This document shows positions 39,664 to 54,056 of a stretch of DNA of 64,000 bases, one piece after another. This DNA is from Auanema rhodensis (taxonomy: Eukaryota; Animalia; Nematoda): contig OZ059895.1 in assembly GCA_964057225.1 (NCBI GenBank), positions 2,294,001-2,358,000 on the forward strand, written 5' to 3'. Positions within the stretch are counted from its first letter, which is position 1. Each line of letters begins with the position of its first letter. The position numbers and the translations under genes were made by a program. The notes under the pieces were generated by a model. It ran no database searches. It was not told the DNA's origin and saw nothing but the letters and a program-made list of their open reading frames with translations.

Positions 39664-42600
39664 GATTTGCGCTAGCTTGAAAATGCACCGAGATATCAAC
39701 TGATATAAGTTCACACTTATATCCTCGATTTTCACCCTGAAGAATTGATTTTTTCGTTGAATAACATTGTCTATCGTCTTTGCCTTGAAAAATGGAATCT
39801 AAAAACATCTACTTTTTGCTAAATTATTTTGAAATTTTTCGAAAAAATTTTTGTCAAAATGTTTTTGGAAGCAATGTTGAGTGTACATGGAAACTCAACA
39901 TACACTAATGCATCATTTTTCAAACGATCATAACTAATTTTTGTATCAAGCGTTTCTCAATGTAGTATAGTGCATTCGATGCGGATTTTTAAGCTGCGTC
40001 GATCTGTGTTATCAGATTTGCGCTAGCTTAAAAATGCACCGAGATATCAACTGATATAAGTTCACACTTATATCCTCGATTTTCACCCTGAAGAATTAAT
40101 TTTTTCGTTGAATAACATTGTCCATCGTCTTTGCCTGGAAAAATGGAATCTAAAAACATCTACTTTTTGCTAAATTATTTTGAAATTTTTCGAAAAAATT
40201 TTTGTCAAAATGTTTTTGGAAGCAATGTTGAGTGTACATGGAAACTCAACATACACTAATGCATCATTTTTCAAACAATCATAACTAATTTGTGTATTAA
40301 GCGTTTTTCAATGTAGTATAGTGCATTCGATGCGGATTTTTAAGCTGCGTCGATCTGTGTTATCAGATTTGCGCTAGCTTAAAAATGCACCGAGATATCA
40401 ACTGATATAAGTTCACACTTATATCCTCGATTTTCACCCTGAAGAATTAATTTTTTCGTTGAATAACATTGTCCATCGTCTTTGCCTGGAAAAATGGAAT
40501 CTAAAAACATCTACTTTTTGCTAAATTATTTTGAAATTTTTCGAAAAAATTTTTGTCAAAATGTTTTTGGAAGCAATGTTGAGTGTACATGGAAACTCAA
40601 CATACACTAATGCATCATTTTTCAAACAATCATAACTAATTTGTGTATTAAGCGTTTTTCAATGTAGTATAGTGCATTCGATGCGGATTTTTAAGCTGCG
40701 TCGATCTGTGTTATCAGATTTGCGCTAGCTTAAAAATGCACCGAGATATCAACTGATATAAGTTCACACTTATATCCTCGATTTTCACCCTGAAGAATTA
40801 ATTTTTTCGTTGAATAATATTGTCCATCGTCTTTGCCTGGAAAAATGGAATCTAAAAACATCTACTTTTTGCTAAATTATTTTGAAATTTTTCGAAAAAA
40901 TTTTTGTCAAAATGTTTTTGGAAGCAATGTTGAGTGTACATGGAAACTCAACATACACTAATGCATCATTTTTCAAACGATCATAACTAATTTTTTTATC
41001 AAGCGTTTCTCAATGTAGTATAGTGCATTCGATGCGGATTTTTAAGCTGCGTCGATCTGTGTTATCAGATTTGCGCTAGCTTAAAAATGCACCGAGATAT
41101 CAACTGATATAAGTTCACACTTATATCCTCGATTTTCACCCTGAAGAATTAATTTTTTCGTTGAATAATATTGTCCATCGTCTTTGCCTGGAAAAATGGA
41201 ATCTAAAAACATCTACTTTTTGCTAAATTATTTTGAAATTTTTCGAAAAAATTTTTGTCAAAATGTTTTTGGAAGCAATGTTGAGTGTACATGGAAACTC
41301 AACATACACTAATGCATCATTTTTCAAACAATCATAACTAATTTGTGTTTTAAGCGTTTTTCAATGTAGTATAGTGCATTCGATGCGGATTTTTAAGCTG
41401 CGTCGATCTGTGTTATCAGATTTGCGCTAGCTTAAAAATGCACCGAGATATCAACTGATATAAGTTCACACTTATATCCTCGATTTTCACCCTGAAGAAT
41501 TGATTTTTTCGTTGAATAACATTGTCTATCGTCTTTGCCTTGAAAAATGGAATCTAAAAACATCTACTTTTTGCTAAATTATTTTGAAATTTTTCGAAAA
41601 AATTTTTGTCAAAATGTTTTTGGAAGCAATGTTGAGTGTACATGGAAACTCAACATACACTAATGCATCATTTTTCAAACAATCATAACTAATTTGTGTA
41701 TTAAGCGTTTTTCAATGTAGTATAGTGCATTCGATGCGGATTTTTAAGCTGCGTCGATCTGTGTTATCAGATTTGCGCTAGCTTAAAAATGCACCGAGAT
41801 ATCAACTGATATAAGTTCACACTTATATCCTCGATTTTCACCCTGAAGAATTAATTTTTTCGTTGAATAACATTGTCCATCGTCTTTGCCTGGAAAAATG
41901 GAATCTAAAAACATCTACTTTTTGCTAAATTATTTTGAAATTTTTCGAAAAAATTTTTGTCAAAATGTTTTTGGAAGCAATGTTGAGTGTACATGGAAAC
42001 TCAACATACACTAATGCATCATTTTTCAAACAATCATAACTAATTTGTGTATTAAGCGTTTTTCAATGTAGTATAGTGCATTCGATGCGGATTTTTAAGC
42101 TGCGTCGATCTGTGTTATCAGATTTGCGCTAGCTTAAAAATGCACCGAGATATCAACTGATATAAGTTCACACTTATATCCTCGATTTTCACCCTGAAGA
42201 ATTAATTTTTTCGTTGAATAATATTGTCCATCGTCTTTGCCTGGAAAAATGGAATCTAAAAACATCTACTTTTTGCTAAATTATTTTGAAATTTTTCGAA
42301 AAAATTTTTGTCAAAATGTTTTTGGAAGCAATGTTGAGTGTACATGGAAACTCAACATACACTAATGCATCATTTTTCAAACGATCATAACTAATTTTTT
42401 TATCAAGCGTTTCTCAATGTAGTATAGTGCATTCGATGCGGATTTTTAAGCTGCGTCGATCTGTGTTATCAGATTTGCGCTAGCTTAAAAATGCACCGAG
42501 ATATCAACTGATATAAGTTCACACTTATATCCTCGATTTTCACCCTGAAGAATTAATTTTTTCGTTGAATAATATTGTCCATCGTCTTTGCCTGGAAAAA

Positions 42601-45600
42601 TGGAATCTAAAAACATCTACTTTTTGCTAAATTATTTTGAAATTTTTCGAAAAAATTTTTGTCAAAATGTTTTTGGAAGCAATGTTGAGTGTACATGGAA
42701 ACTCAACATACACTAATGCATCATTTTTCAAACAATCATAACTAATTTGTGTTTTAAGCGTTTTTCAATGTAGTATAGTGCATTCGATGCGGATTTTTAA
42801 GCTGCGTCGATCTGTGTTATCAGATTTGCGCTAGCTTAAAAATGCACCGAGATATCAACTGATATAAGTTCACACTTATATCCTCGATTTTCACCCTGAA
42901 GAATTGATTTTTTCGTTGAATAACATTGTCTATCGTCTTTGCCTTGAAAAATGGAATCTAAAAACATCTACTTTTTGCTAAATTATTTTGAAATTTTTCG
43001 AAAAAATTTTTGTCAAAATGTTTTTGGAAGCAATGTTGAGTGTACATGGAAACTCAACATACACTAATGCATCATTTTTCAAACGATCATAACTAATTTT
43101 TGTATCAAGCGTTTCTCAATGTAGTATAGTGCATTCGATGCGGATTTTTAAGCTGCGTCGATCTGTGTTATCAGATTTGCGCTAGCTTAAAAATGCACCG
43201 AGATATCAACTGATATAAGTTCACACTTATATCCTCGATTTTCACCCTGAAGAATTAATTTTTTCGTTGAATAACATTGTCCATCGTCTTTGCCTGGAAA
43301 AATGGAATCTAAAAACATCTACTTTTTGCTAAATTATTTTGAAATTTTTCGAAAAAATTTTTGTCAAAATGTTTTTGGAAGCAATGTTGAGTGTACATGG
43401 AAACTCAACATACACTAATGCATCATTTTTCAAACAATCATAACTAATTTGTGTATTAAGCGTTTTTCAATGTAGTATAGTGCATTCGATGCGGATTTTT
43501 AAGCTGCGTCGATCTGTGTTATCAGATTTGCGCTAGCTTAAAAATGCACCGAGATATCAACTGATATAAGTTCACACTTATATCCTCGATTTTCACCCTG
43601 AAGAATTAATTTTTTCGTTGAATAATATTGTCCATCGTCTTTGCCTGGAAAAATGGAATCTAAAAACATCTACTTTTTGCTAAATTATTTTGAAATTTTT
43701 CGAAAAAATTTTTGTCAAAATGTTTTTGGAAGCAATGTTGAGTGTACATGGAAACTCAACATACACTAATGCATCATTTTTCAAACAATCATAACTAATT
43801 TGTGTTTTAAGCGTTTTTCAATGTAGTATAGTGCATTCGATGCGGATTTTTAAGCTGCGTCGATCTGTGTTATCAGATTTGCGCTAGCTTAAAAATGCAC
43901 CGAGATATCAACTGATATAAGTTCACACTTATATCCTCGATTTTCACCCTGAAGAATTAATTTTTTCGTTGAATAACATTGTCTATCGTCTTTGCCTTGA
44001 AAAATGGAATCTAAAAACATCTACTTTTTGCTAAATTATTTTGAAATTTTTCGAAAAAATTTTTGTCAAAATGTTTTTGGAAGCAATGTTGAGTGTACAT
44101 GGAAACTCAACATACACTAATGCATCATTTTTCAAACGATCATAACTAATTTTTTTATCAAGCGTTTCTCAATGTAGTATAGTGCATTCGATGCGGATTT
44201 TTAAGCTGCGTCGATCTGTGTTATCAGATTTGCGCTAGCTTAAAAATGCACCGAGATATCAACTGATATAAGTTCACACTTATATCCTCGATTTTCACCC
44301 TGAAGAATTAATTTTTTCGTTGAATAACATTGTCCATCGTCTTTGCCTGGAAAAATGGAATCTAAAAACATCTACTTTTTGCTAAATTATTTTGAAATTT
44401 TTCGAAAAAATTTTTGTCAAAATGTTTTTGGAAGCAATGTTGAGTGTACATGGAAACTCAACATACACTAATGCATCATTTTTCAAACAATCATAACTAA
44501 TTTGTGTATTAAGCGTTTTTCAATGTAGTATAGTGCATTCGATGCGGATTTTTAAGCTGCGTCGATCTGTGTTATCAGATTTGCGCTAGCTTAAAAATGC
44601 ACCGAGATATCAACTGATATAAGTTCACACTTATATCCTCGATTTTCACCCTGAAGAATTAATTTTTTCGTTGAATAACATTGTCTATCGTCTTTGCCTT
44701 GTAAAATGGAATCTAAAAACATCTACTTTTTGCTAAATTATTTTGAAATTTTTCGAAAAAATTTTTGTCAAAATGTTTTTGGAAGCAATGTTGAGTGTAC
44801 ATGGAAACTCAACATACACTAATGCATCATTTTTCAAACAATCATAACTAATTTGTGTATTAAGCGTTTTTCAATGTAGTATAGTGCATTCGATGCGGAT
44901 TTTTAAGCTGCGTCGATCTGTGTTATCAGATTTGCGCTAGCTTAAAAATGCACCGAGATATCAACTGATATAAGTTCACACTTATATCCTCGATTTTCAC
45001 CCTGAAGAATTAATTTTTTCGTTGAATAACATTGTCTATCGTCTTTGCCTTGTAAAATGGAATCTAAAAACATCTACTTTTTGCTGAATTATTTTGAAAT
45101 TTTTCGAAAAAATTTTTGTCAAAATGTTTTTGGAAGCAATGTTGAGTGTACATGGAAACTCAACATACACTAATGCATCATTTTTCAAACGATCATAACT
45201 AATTTTCTTATCAAGCGTTTCTCAATGTAGTATAGTGCATTCGATGCGGATTTTTAAGCTGCGTCGATCTGTGTTATCAGATTTGCGCTAGCTTAAAAAT
45301 GCACCGAGATATCAACTGATATAAGTTCACACTTATATCCTCGATTTTCACCCTGAAGAATTAATTTTTTCGTTGAATAACATTGTCCATCGTCTTTGCC
45401 TGGAAAAATGGAATCTAAAAACATCTACTTTTTGCTAAATTATTTTGAAATTTTTCGAAAAAATTTTTGTCAAAATGTTTTTGGAAGCAATGTTGAGTGT
45501 ACATGGAAACTCAACATACACTAATGCATCATTTTTCAAACGATCATAACTAATTTTCTTATCAAGCGTTTCTCAATGTAGTATAGTGCATTCGATGCGG

Positions 45601-48600
45601 ATTTTTAAGCTGCGTCGATCTGTGTTATCAGATTTGCGCTAGCTTAAAAATGCACCGAGATATCAACTGATATAAGTTCACACTTATATCCTCGATTTTC
45701 ACCCTGAAGAATTAATTTTTTCGTTGAATAACATTGTCCATCGTCTTTGCCTGGAAAAATGGAATCTAAAAACATCTACTTTTTGCTAAATTATTTTGAA
45801 ATTTTTCGAAAAAATTTTTGTCAAAATGTTTTTGGAAGCAATGTTGAGTGTACATGGAAACTCAACATACACTAATGCATCATTTTTCAAACAATCATAA
45901 CTAATTTGTGTATTAAGCGTTTTTCAATGTAGTATAGTGCATTCGATGCGGATTTTTAAGCTGCGTCGATCTGTGTTATCAGATTTGCGCTAGCTTAAAA
46001 ATGCACCGAGATATCAACTGATATAAGTTCACACTTATATCCTCGATTTTCACCCTGAAGAATTAATTTTTTCGTTGAATAACATTGTCTATCGTCTTTG
46101 CCTTGAAAAATGGAATCTAAAAACATCTACTTTTTGCTGAATTATTTTGAAATTTTTCGAAAAAATTTTTGTCAAAATGTTTTTGGAAGCAATGTTGAGT
46201 GTACATGGAAACTCAACATACACTAATGCATCATTTTTCAAACGATCATAACTAATTTTCTTATCAAGCGTTTCTCAATGTAGTATAGTGCATTCGATGC
46301 GGATTTTTAAGCTGCGTCGATCTGTGTTATCAGATTTGCGCTAGCTTAAAAATGCACCGAGATATCAACTGATATAAGTTCACACTTATATCCTCGATTT
46401 TCACCCTGAAGAATTGATTTTTTCGTTGAATAACATTGTCTATCGTCTTTGCCTTGAAAAATGGAATCTAAAAACATCTACTTTTTGCTAAATTATTTTG
46501 AAAAATTTTTCGAAAAAATTTTTGTCAAAATGTTTTTGGAAGCAATGTTGAGTGTACATGGAAACTCAACATACACTAATGCATCATTTTTCAAACGATC
46601 ATAACTAATTTTTGTATCAAGCGTTTCTCAATGTAGTATAGTGCATTCGATGCGGATTTTTAAGCTGCGTCGATCTGTGTTATCAGATTTGCGCTAGCTT
46701 AAAAATGCACCGAGATATCAACTGATATAAGTTCACACTTATATCCTCGATTTTCACCCTGAAGAATTAATTTTTTCGTTGAATAACATTGTCCATCGTC
46801 TTTGCCTGGAAAAATGGAATCTAAAAACATCTACTTTTTGCTAAATTATTTTGAAATTTTTTGAAAAAATTTTTGTCAAAATGTTTTTGGAAGCAATGTT
46901 GAGTGTACATGGAAACTCAACATACACTAATGCATCATTTTTCAAACAATCATAACTAATTTGTGTATTAAGCGTTTTTCAATGTAGTATAGTGCATTCG
47001 ATGCGGATTTTTAAGCTGCGTCGATCTGTGTTATCAGATTTGCGCTAGCTTAAAAATGCACCGAGATATCAACTGATATAAGTTCACACTTATATCCTCG
47101 ATTTTCACCCTGAAGAATTAATTTTTTCGTTGAATAACATTGTCCATCGTCTTTGCCTGGAAAAATGGAATCTAAAAACATCTACTTTTTGCTAAATTAT
47201 TTTGAAATTTTTCGAAAAAATTTTTGTCAAAATGTTTTTGGAAGCAATGTTGAGTGTACATGGAAACTCAACATACACTAATGCATCATTTTTCAAACAA
47301 TCATAACTAATTTGTGTTTTAAGCGTTTTTCAATGTAGTATAGTGCATTCGATGCGGATTTTTAAGCTGCGTCGATCTGTGTTATCAGATTTGCGCTAGC
47401 TTAAAAATGCACCGAGATATCAACTGATATAAGTTCACACTTATATCCTCGATTTTCACCCTGAAGAATTGATTTTTTCGTTGAATAACATTGTCTATCG
47501 TCTTTGCCTTGAAAAATGGAATCTAAAAACATCTACTTTTTGCTAAATTATTTTGAAATTTTTCGAAAAAATTTTTGTCAAAATGTTTTTGGAAGCAATG
47601 TTGAGTGTACATGGAAACTCAACATACACTAATGCATCATTTTTCAAACGATCATAACTAATTTTTGTATCAAGCGTTTCTCAATGTAGTATAGTGCATT
47701 CGATGCGGATTTTTAAGCTGCGTCGATCTGTGTTATCAGATTTGCGCTAGCTTAAAAATGCACCGAGATATCAACTGATATAAGTTCACACTTATATCCT
47801 CGATTTTCACCCTGAAGAATTAATTTTTTCGTTGAATAACATTGTCCATCGTCTTTGCCTGGAAAAATGGAATCTAAAAACATCTACTTTTTGCTAAATT
47901 ATTTTGAAATTTTTCGAAAAAATTTTTGTCAAAATGTTTTTGGAAGCAATGTTGAGTGTACATGGAAACTCAACATACACTAATGCATCATTTTTCAAAC
48001 AATCATAACTAATTTGTGTATTAAGCGTTTTTCAATGTAGTATAGTGCATTCGATGCGGATTTTTAAGCTGCGTCGATCTGTGTTATCAGATTTGCGCTA
48101 GCTTAAAAATGCACCGAGATATCAACTGATATAAGTTCACACTTATATCCTCGATTTTCACCCTGAAGAATTAATTTTTTCGTTGAATAACATTGTCCAT
48201 CGTCTTTGCCTGGAAAAATGGAATCTAAAAACATCTACTTTTTGCTAAATTATTTTGAAATTTTTCGAAAAAATTTTTGTCAAAATGTTTTTGGAAGCAA
48301 TGTTGAGTGTACATGGAAACTCAACATACACTAATGCATCATTTTTCAAACAATCATAACTAATTTGTGTTTTAAGCGTTTTTCAATGTAGTATAGTGCA
48401 TTCGATGCGGATTTTTAAGCTGCGTCGATCTGTGTTATCAGATTTGCGCTAGCTTAAAAATGCACCGAGATATCAACTGATATAAGTTCACACTTATATC
48501 CTCGATTTTCACCCTGAAGAATTAATTTTTTCGTTGAATAACATTGTCTATCGTCTTTGCCTTGAAAAATGGAATCTAAAAACATCTACTTTTTGCTAAA

Positions 48601-49493
48601 TTATTTTGAAATTTTTCGAAAAAATTTTTGTCAAAATGTTTTTGGAAGCAATGTTGAGTGTACATGGAAACTCAACATACACTAATGCATCATTTTTCAA
48701 ACGATCATAACTAATTTTTTTATCAAGCGTTTCTCAATGTAGTATAGTGCATTCGATGCGGATTTTTAAGCTGCGTCGATCTGTGTTATCAGATTTGCGC
48801 TAGCTTAAAAATGCACCGAGATATCAACTGATATAAGTTCACACTTATATCCTCGATTTTCACCCTGAAGAATTAATTTTTTCGTTGAATAACATTGTCC
48901 ATCGTCTTTGTCTGGAAAAATGGAATCTAAAAACATCTACTTTTTGCTAAATTATTTTGAAATTTTTCGAAAAAATTTTTGTCAAAATGTTTTTGGAAGC
49001 AATGTTGAGTGTACATGGAAACTCAACATACACTAATGCATCATTTTTCAAACAATCATAACTAATTTGTGTATTAAGCGTTTTTCAATGTAGTATAGTG
49101 CATTCGATGCGGATTTTTAAGCTGCGTCGATCTGTGTTATCAGATTTGCGCTAGCTTAAAAATGCACCGAGATATCAACTGATATAAGTTCACACTTATA
49201 TCCTCGATTTTCACCCTGAAGAATTAATTTTTTCGTTGAATAACATTGTCTATCGTCTTTGCCTTGAAAAATGGAATCTAAAAACATCTACTTTTTGCTA
49301 AATTATTTTGAAATTTTTCGAAAAAATTTTTGTCAAAATGTTTTTGGAAGCAATATTGAGTGTACATGGAAACTCAACATACACTAATGCATCATTTTTC
49401 AAACAATCATAACTAATTTGTGTATTAAGCGTTTCTCAATGTAGTATAGTGCATTCGATGCGGATTTTTAAGCTGCGTCGATCTGTGTTATCA

Positions 49494-52301
49494 GATTTGC
49501 GCTAGCTTAAAAATGCACCGAGATATCAACTGATATAAGTTCACACTTATATCCTCGATTTTCACCCTGAAGAATTAATTTTTTTGTTGAATAACATTGT
49601 CTATCGTCTTTGCCTTGAAAAATGGAATCTAAAAACATCTACTTTTTGCTGAATTATTTTGAAATTTTTCGAAAAAATTTTTGTCAAAATGTTTTTGGAA
49701 GCAATGTTGAGTGTACATGGAAACTCAACATACACTAATGCATCATTTTTCAAACAATCATAACTAATTTGTGTATTAAGCGTTTCTCAATGTAGTATAG
49801 TGCATTCGATGCGGATTTTTAAGCTGCGTCGATCTGTGTTATCAGATTTGCGCTAGCTTAAAAATGCACCGAGATATCAACTGATATAAGTTCACACTTA
49901 TATCCTCGATTTTCACCCTGAAGAATTAATTTTTTCGTTGAATAACATTGTCTATCGTCTTTGCCTTGAAAAATGGAATCTAAAAACATCTACTTTTTGC
50001 TAAATTATTTTGAAATTTTTCGAAAAAATTTTTGTCGAAATGTTTTTGGAAGCAATGTTGAGTGTACATGGAAACTCAACATACACTAATGCATCATTTT
50101 TCAAACGATCATAACTAATTTTTGTATCAAGCGTTTCTCAATGTAGTATAGTGCATTCGATGCGGATTTTTAAGCTGCGTCGATCTGTGTTATCAGATTT
50201 GCGCTAGCTTAAAAATGCACCGAGATATCAACTGATATAAGTTCACACTTATATCCTCGATTTTCACCCTGAAGAATTAATTTTTTCGTTGAATAACATT
50301 GTCCATCGTCTTTGCCTGGAAAAATGGAATCTAAAAACATCTACTTTTTGCTAAATTATTTTGAAATTTTTCGAAAAAATTTTTGTCAAAATGTTTTTGG
50401 AAGCAATGTTGAGTGTACATGGAAACTCAACATACACTAATGCATCATTTTTCAAACAATCATAACTAATTTGTGTATTAAGCGTTTTTCAATGTAGTAT
50501 AGTGCATTCGATGCGGATTTTTAAGCTGCGTCGATCTGTGTTATCAGATTTGCGCTAGCTTAAAAATGCACCGAGATATCAACTGATATAAGTTCACACT
50601 TATATCCTCGATTTTCACCCTGAAGAATTAATTTTTTCGTTGAATAACATTGTCCATCGTCTTTGCCTGGAAAAATGGAATCTAAAAACATCTACTTTTT
50701 GTTAAATTATTTTGAAATTTTTCGAAAAAATTTTTGTCAAAATGTTTTTGGAAGCAATGTTGAGTGTACATGGAAACTCAACATACACTAATGCATCATT
50801 TTTCAAACGATCATAACTAATTTGTGTATTAAGCGTTTCTCAATGTAGTATAGTGCATTCGATGCGGATTTTTAAGCTGCGTCGATCTGTGTTATCAGAT
50901 TTGCGCTAGCTTAAAAATGCACCGAGATATCAACTGATATAAGTTCACACTTATATCCTCGATTTTCACCCTGAAGAATTAATTTTTTTGTTGAATAACA
51001 TTGTCTATCGTCTTTGCCTTGAAAAATGGAATCTAAAAACATCTACTTTTTGCTGAATTATTTTGAAATTTTTCGAAAAAATTTTTGTCAAAATGTTTTT
51101 GGAAGCAATGTTGAGTGTACATGGAAACTCAACATACACTAATGCATCATTTTTCAAACAATCATAACTAATTTGTGTATTAAGCGTTTCTCAATGTAGT
51201 ATAGTGCATTCGATGCGGATTTTTAAGCTGCGTCGATCTGTGTTATCAGATTTGCGCTAGCTTAAAAATGCACCGAGATATCAACTGATATAAGTTCACA
51301 CTTATATCCTCGATTTTCACCCTGAAGAATTAATTTTTTCGTTGAATAACATTGTCTATCGTCTTTGCCTTGAAAAATGGAATCTAAAAACATCTACTTT
51401 TTGCTAAATTATTTTGAAATTTTTCGAAAAAATTTTTGTCAAAATGTTTTTGGAAGCAATGTTGAGTGTACATGGAAACTCAACATACACTAATGCATCA
51501 TTTTTCAAACGATCATAACTAATTTTTGTATCAAGCGTTTCTCAATGTAGTATAGTGCATTCGATGCGGATTTTTAAGCTGCGTCGATCTGTGTTATCAG
51601 ATTTGCGCTAGCTTAAAAATGCACCGAGATATCAACTGATATAAGTTCACACTTATATCCTCGATTTTCACCCTGAAGAATTAATTTTTTCGTTGAATAA
51701 CATTGTCCATCGTCTTTGCCTGGAAAAATGGAATCTAAAAACATCTACTTTTTGCTAAATTATTTTGAAATTTTTCGAAAAAATTTTTGTCAAAATGTTT
51801 TTGGAAGCAATGTTGAGTGTACATGGAAACTCAACATACACTAATGCATCATTTTTCAAACAATCATAACTAATTTGTGTATTAAGCGTTTTTCAATGTA
51901 GTATAGTGCATTCGATGCGGATTTTTAAGCTGCGTCGATCTGTGTTATCAGATTTGCGCTAGCTTAAAAATGCACCGAGATATCAACTGATATAAGTTCA
52001 CACTTATATCCTCGATTTTCACCCTGAAGAATTAATTTTTTCGTTGAATAACATTGTCCATCGTCTTTGCCTGGAAAAATGGAATCTAAAAACATCTACT
52101 TTTTGTTAAATTATTTTGAAATTTTTCGAAAAAATTTTTGTCAAAATGTTTTTGGAAGCAATGTTGAGTGTACATGGAAACTCAACATACACTAATGCAT
52201 CATTTTTCAAACAATCATAACTAATTTGTGTATTAAGCGTTTTTCAATGTAGTATAGTGCATTCGATGCGGATTTTTAAGCTGCGTCGATCTGTGTTATC
52301 A
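49494..52301. repeat. Local 4-monomer (1404 bp) duplication, M142-145 / M146-149
   Basis: 92T+158G at M142 and M146 (49585, 50989), and 156T at 50702 and 52106. Both pairs are 1404 bp apart. Confidence 0.82.
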
Positions 52302-54056
52302 GATTTGCGCTAGCTTAAAAATGCACCGAGATATCAACTGATATTAGTTCACACTTATATCCTCGATTTTCACCCTGAAGAATTAATTTTTTCGTTGAAT
52401 AACATTGTCTATCGTCTTTGCCTTGAAAAATGGAATCTAAAAACATCTACTTTTTGCTAAATTATTTTGAAATTTTTCGAAAAAATTTTTGTCAAAATGT
52501 TTTTGGAAGCAATATTGAGTGTACATGGAAACTCAACATACACTAATGCATCATTTTTCAAACAATCATAACTAATTTGTGTATTAAGCGTTTCTCAATG
52601 TAGTATAGTGCATTCGATGCGGATTTTTAAGCTGCGTCGATCTGTGTTATCAGATTTGCGCTAGCTTAAAAATGCACCGAGATATCAACTGATATAAGTT
52701 CACACTTATATCCTCGATTTTCACCCTGAAGAATTGATTTTTTCGTTGAATAACATTGTCTATCGTCTTTGCCTTGAAAAATGGAATCTAAAAACATCTA
52801 CTTTTTGCTAAATTATTTTGAAATTTTTCGAAAAAATTTTTGTCAAAATGTTTTTGGAAGCAATGTTGAGTGTACATGGAAACTCAACATACACTAATGC
52901 ATCATTTTTCAAACGATCATAACTAATTTTTGTATCAAGCGTTTCTCAATGTAGTATAGTGCATTCGATGCGGATTTTTAAGCTGCGTCGATCTGTGTTA
53001 TCAGATTTGCGCTAGCTTAAAAATGCACCGAGATATCAACTGATATAAGTTCACACTTATATCCTCGATTTTCACCCTGAAGAATTAATTTTTTCGTTGA
53101 ATAACATTGTCCATCGTCTTTGCCTGGAAAAATGGAATCTAAAAACATCTACTTTTTGCTAAATTATTTTGAAATTTTTCGAAAAAATTTTTGTCAAAAT
53201 GTTTTTGGAAGCAATGTTGAGTGTACATGGAAACTCAACATACACTAATGCATCATTTTTCAAACGATCATAACTATTTTTTGTATTAAGCGTTTCTCAA
53301 TGTAGTATAGTACATTCGATGCGGATTTTCAAGCTGCGTCGATCTGTGTTATCAGATTTGCGCTAGCTTAAAAATGCACCGAGATATCAACTGATATAAG
53401 TTCACACTTATATCCTCGATTTTCACCCTGAAGAATTAATTTTTTCGTTGAATAACATTGTCCATCGTCTTTGGCTTGAAAAAAGGAATCTAAAAACATC
53501 TACTTTTTGCTAAATTATTTTGAAATTTTTCGAAAAAATTTTTGTCAAAATGTTTTTGGAAGCAATGTTGAGTGTACATGGAAACTCAACATACACTAAT
53601 GCATCATTTTTCAAACGATCATAACTAATTTTTGTATTAAGCGTTTCTCAAAGTAGTATAGTGCATTCGATGCGGATTTTTAAGCTGCGTCGATCTGTGT
53701 TATCAGATTTGCGCTAGCTTAAAAATGCACCGAGATATCAACTGATATAAGTTCACACTTATATCCTCGATTTTCACCCTGAAGAATTAATTTTTTCGTT
53801 GAATAACATTGTCCATCGTCTTTGCCTTGAAAAAAGGAATCTAAAAACATCTACTTTTTGCTAAATTATTTTGAAATTTTTCGAAAAAATTTTTGTCAAA
53901 ATGTTTTTGGAAGCAATGTTGAGTGTACATGGAAACTCAACATACACTAAGGCATCATTTTTCAAACGATCATAACTAATTTTTGTATTAAGCGTTTCTC
54001 AATGTAGTATAGTACATTCGATGCGGATTTTTAAGCTGCGTCGATCTGTGTTATCA

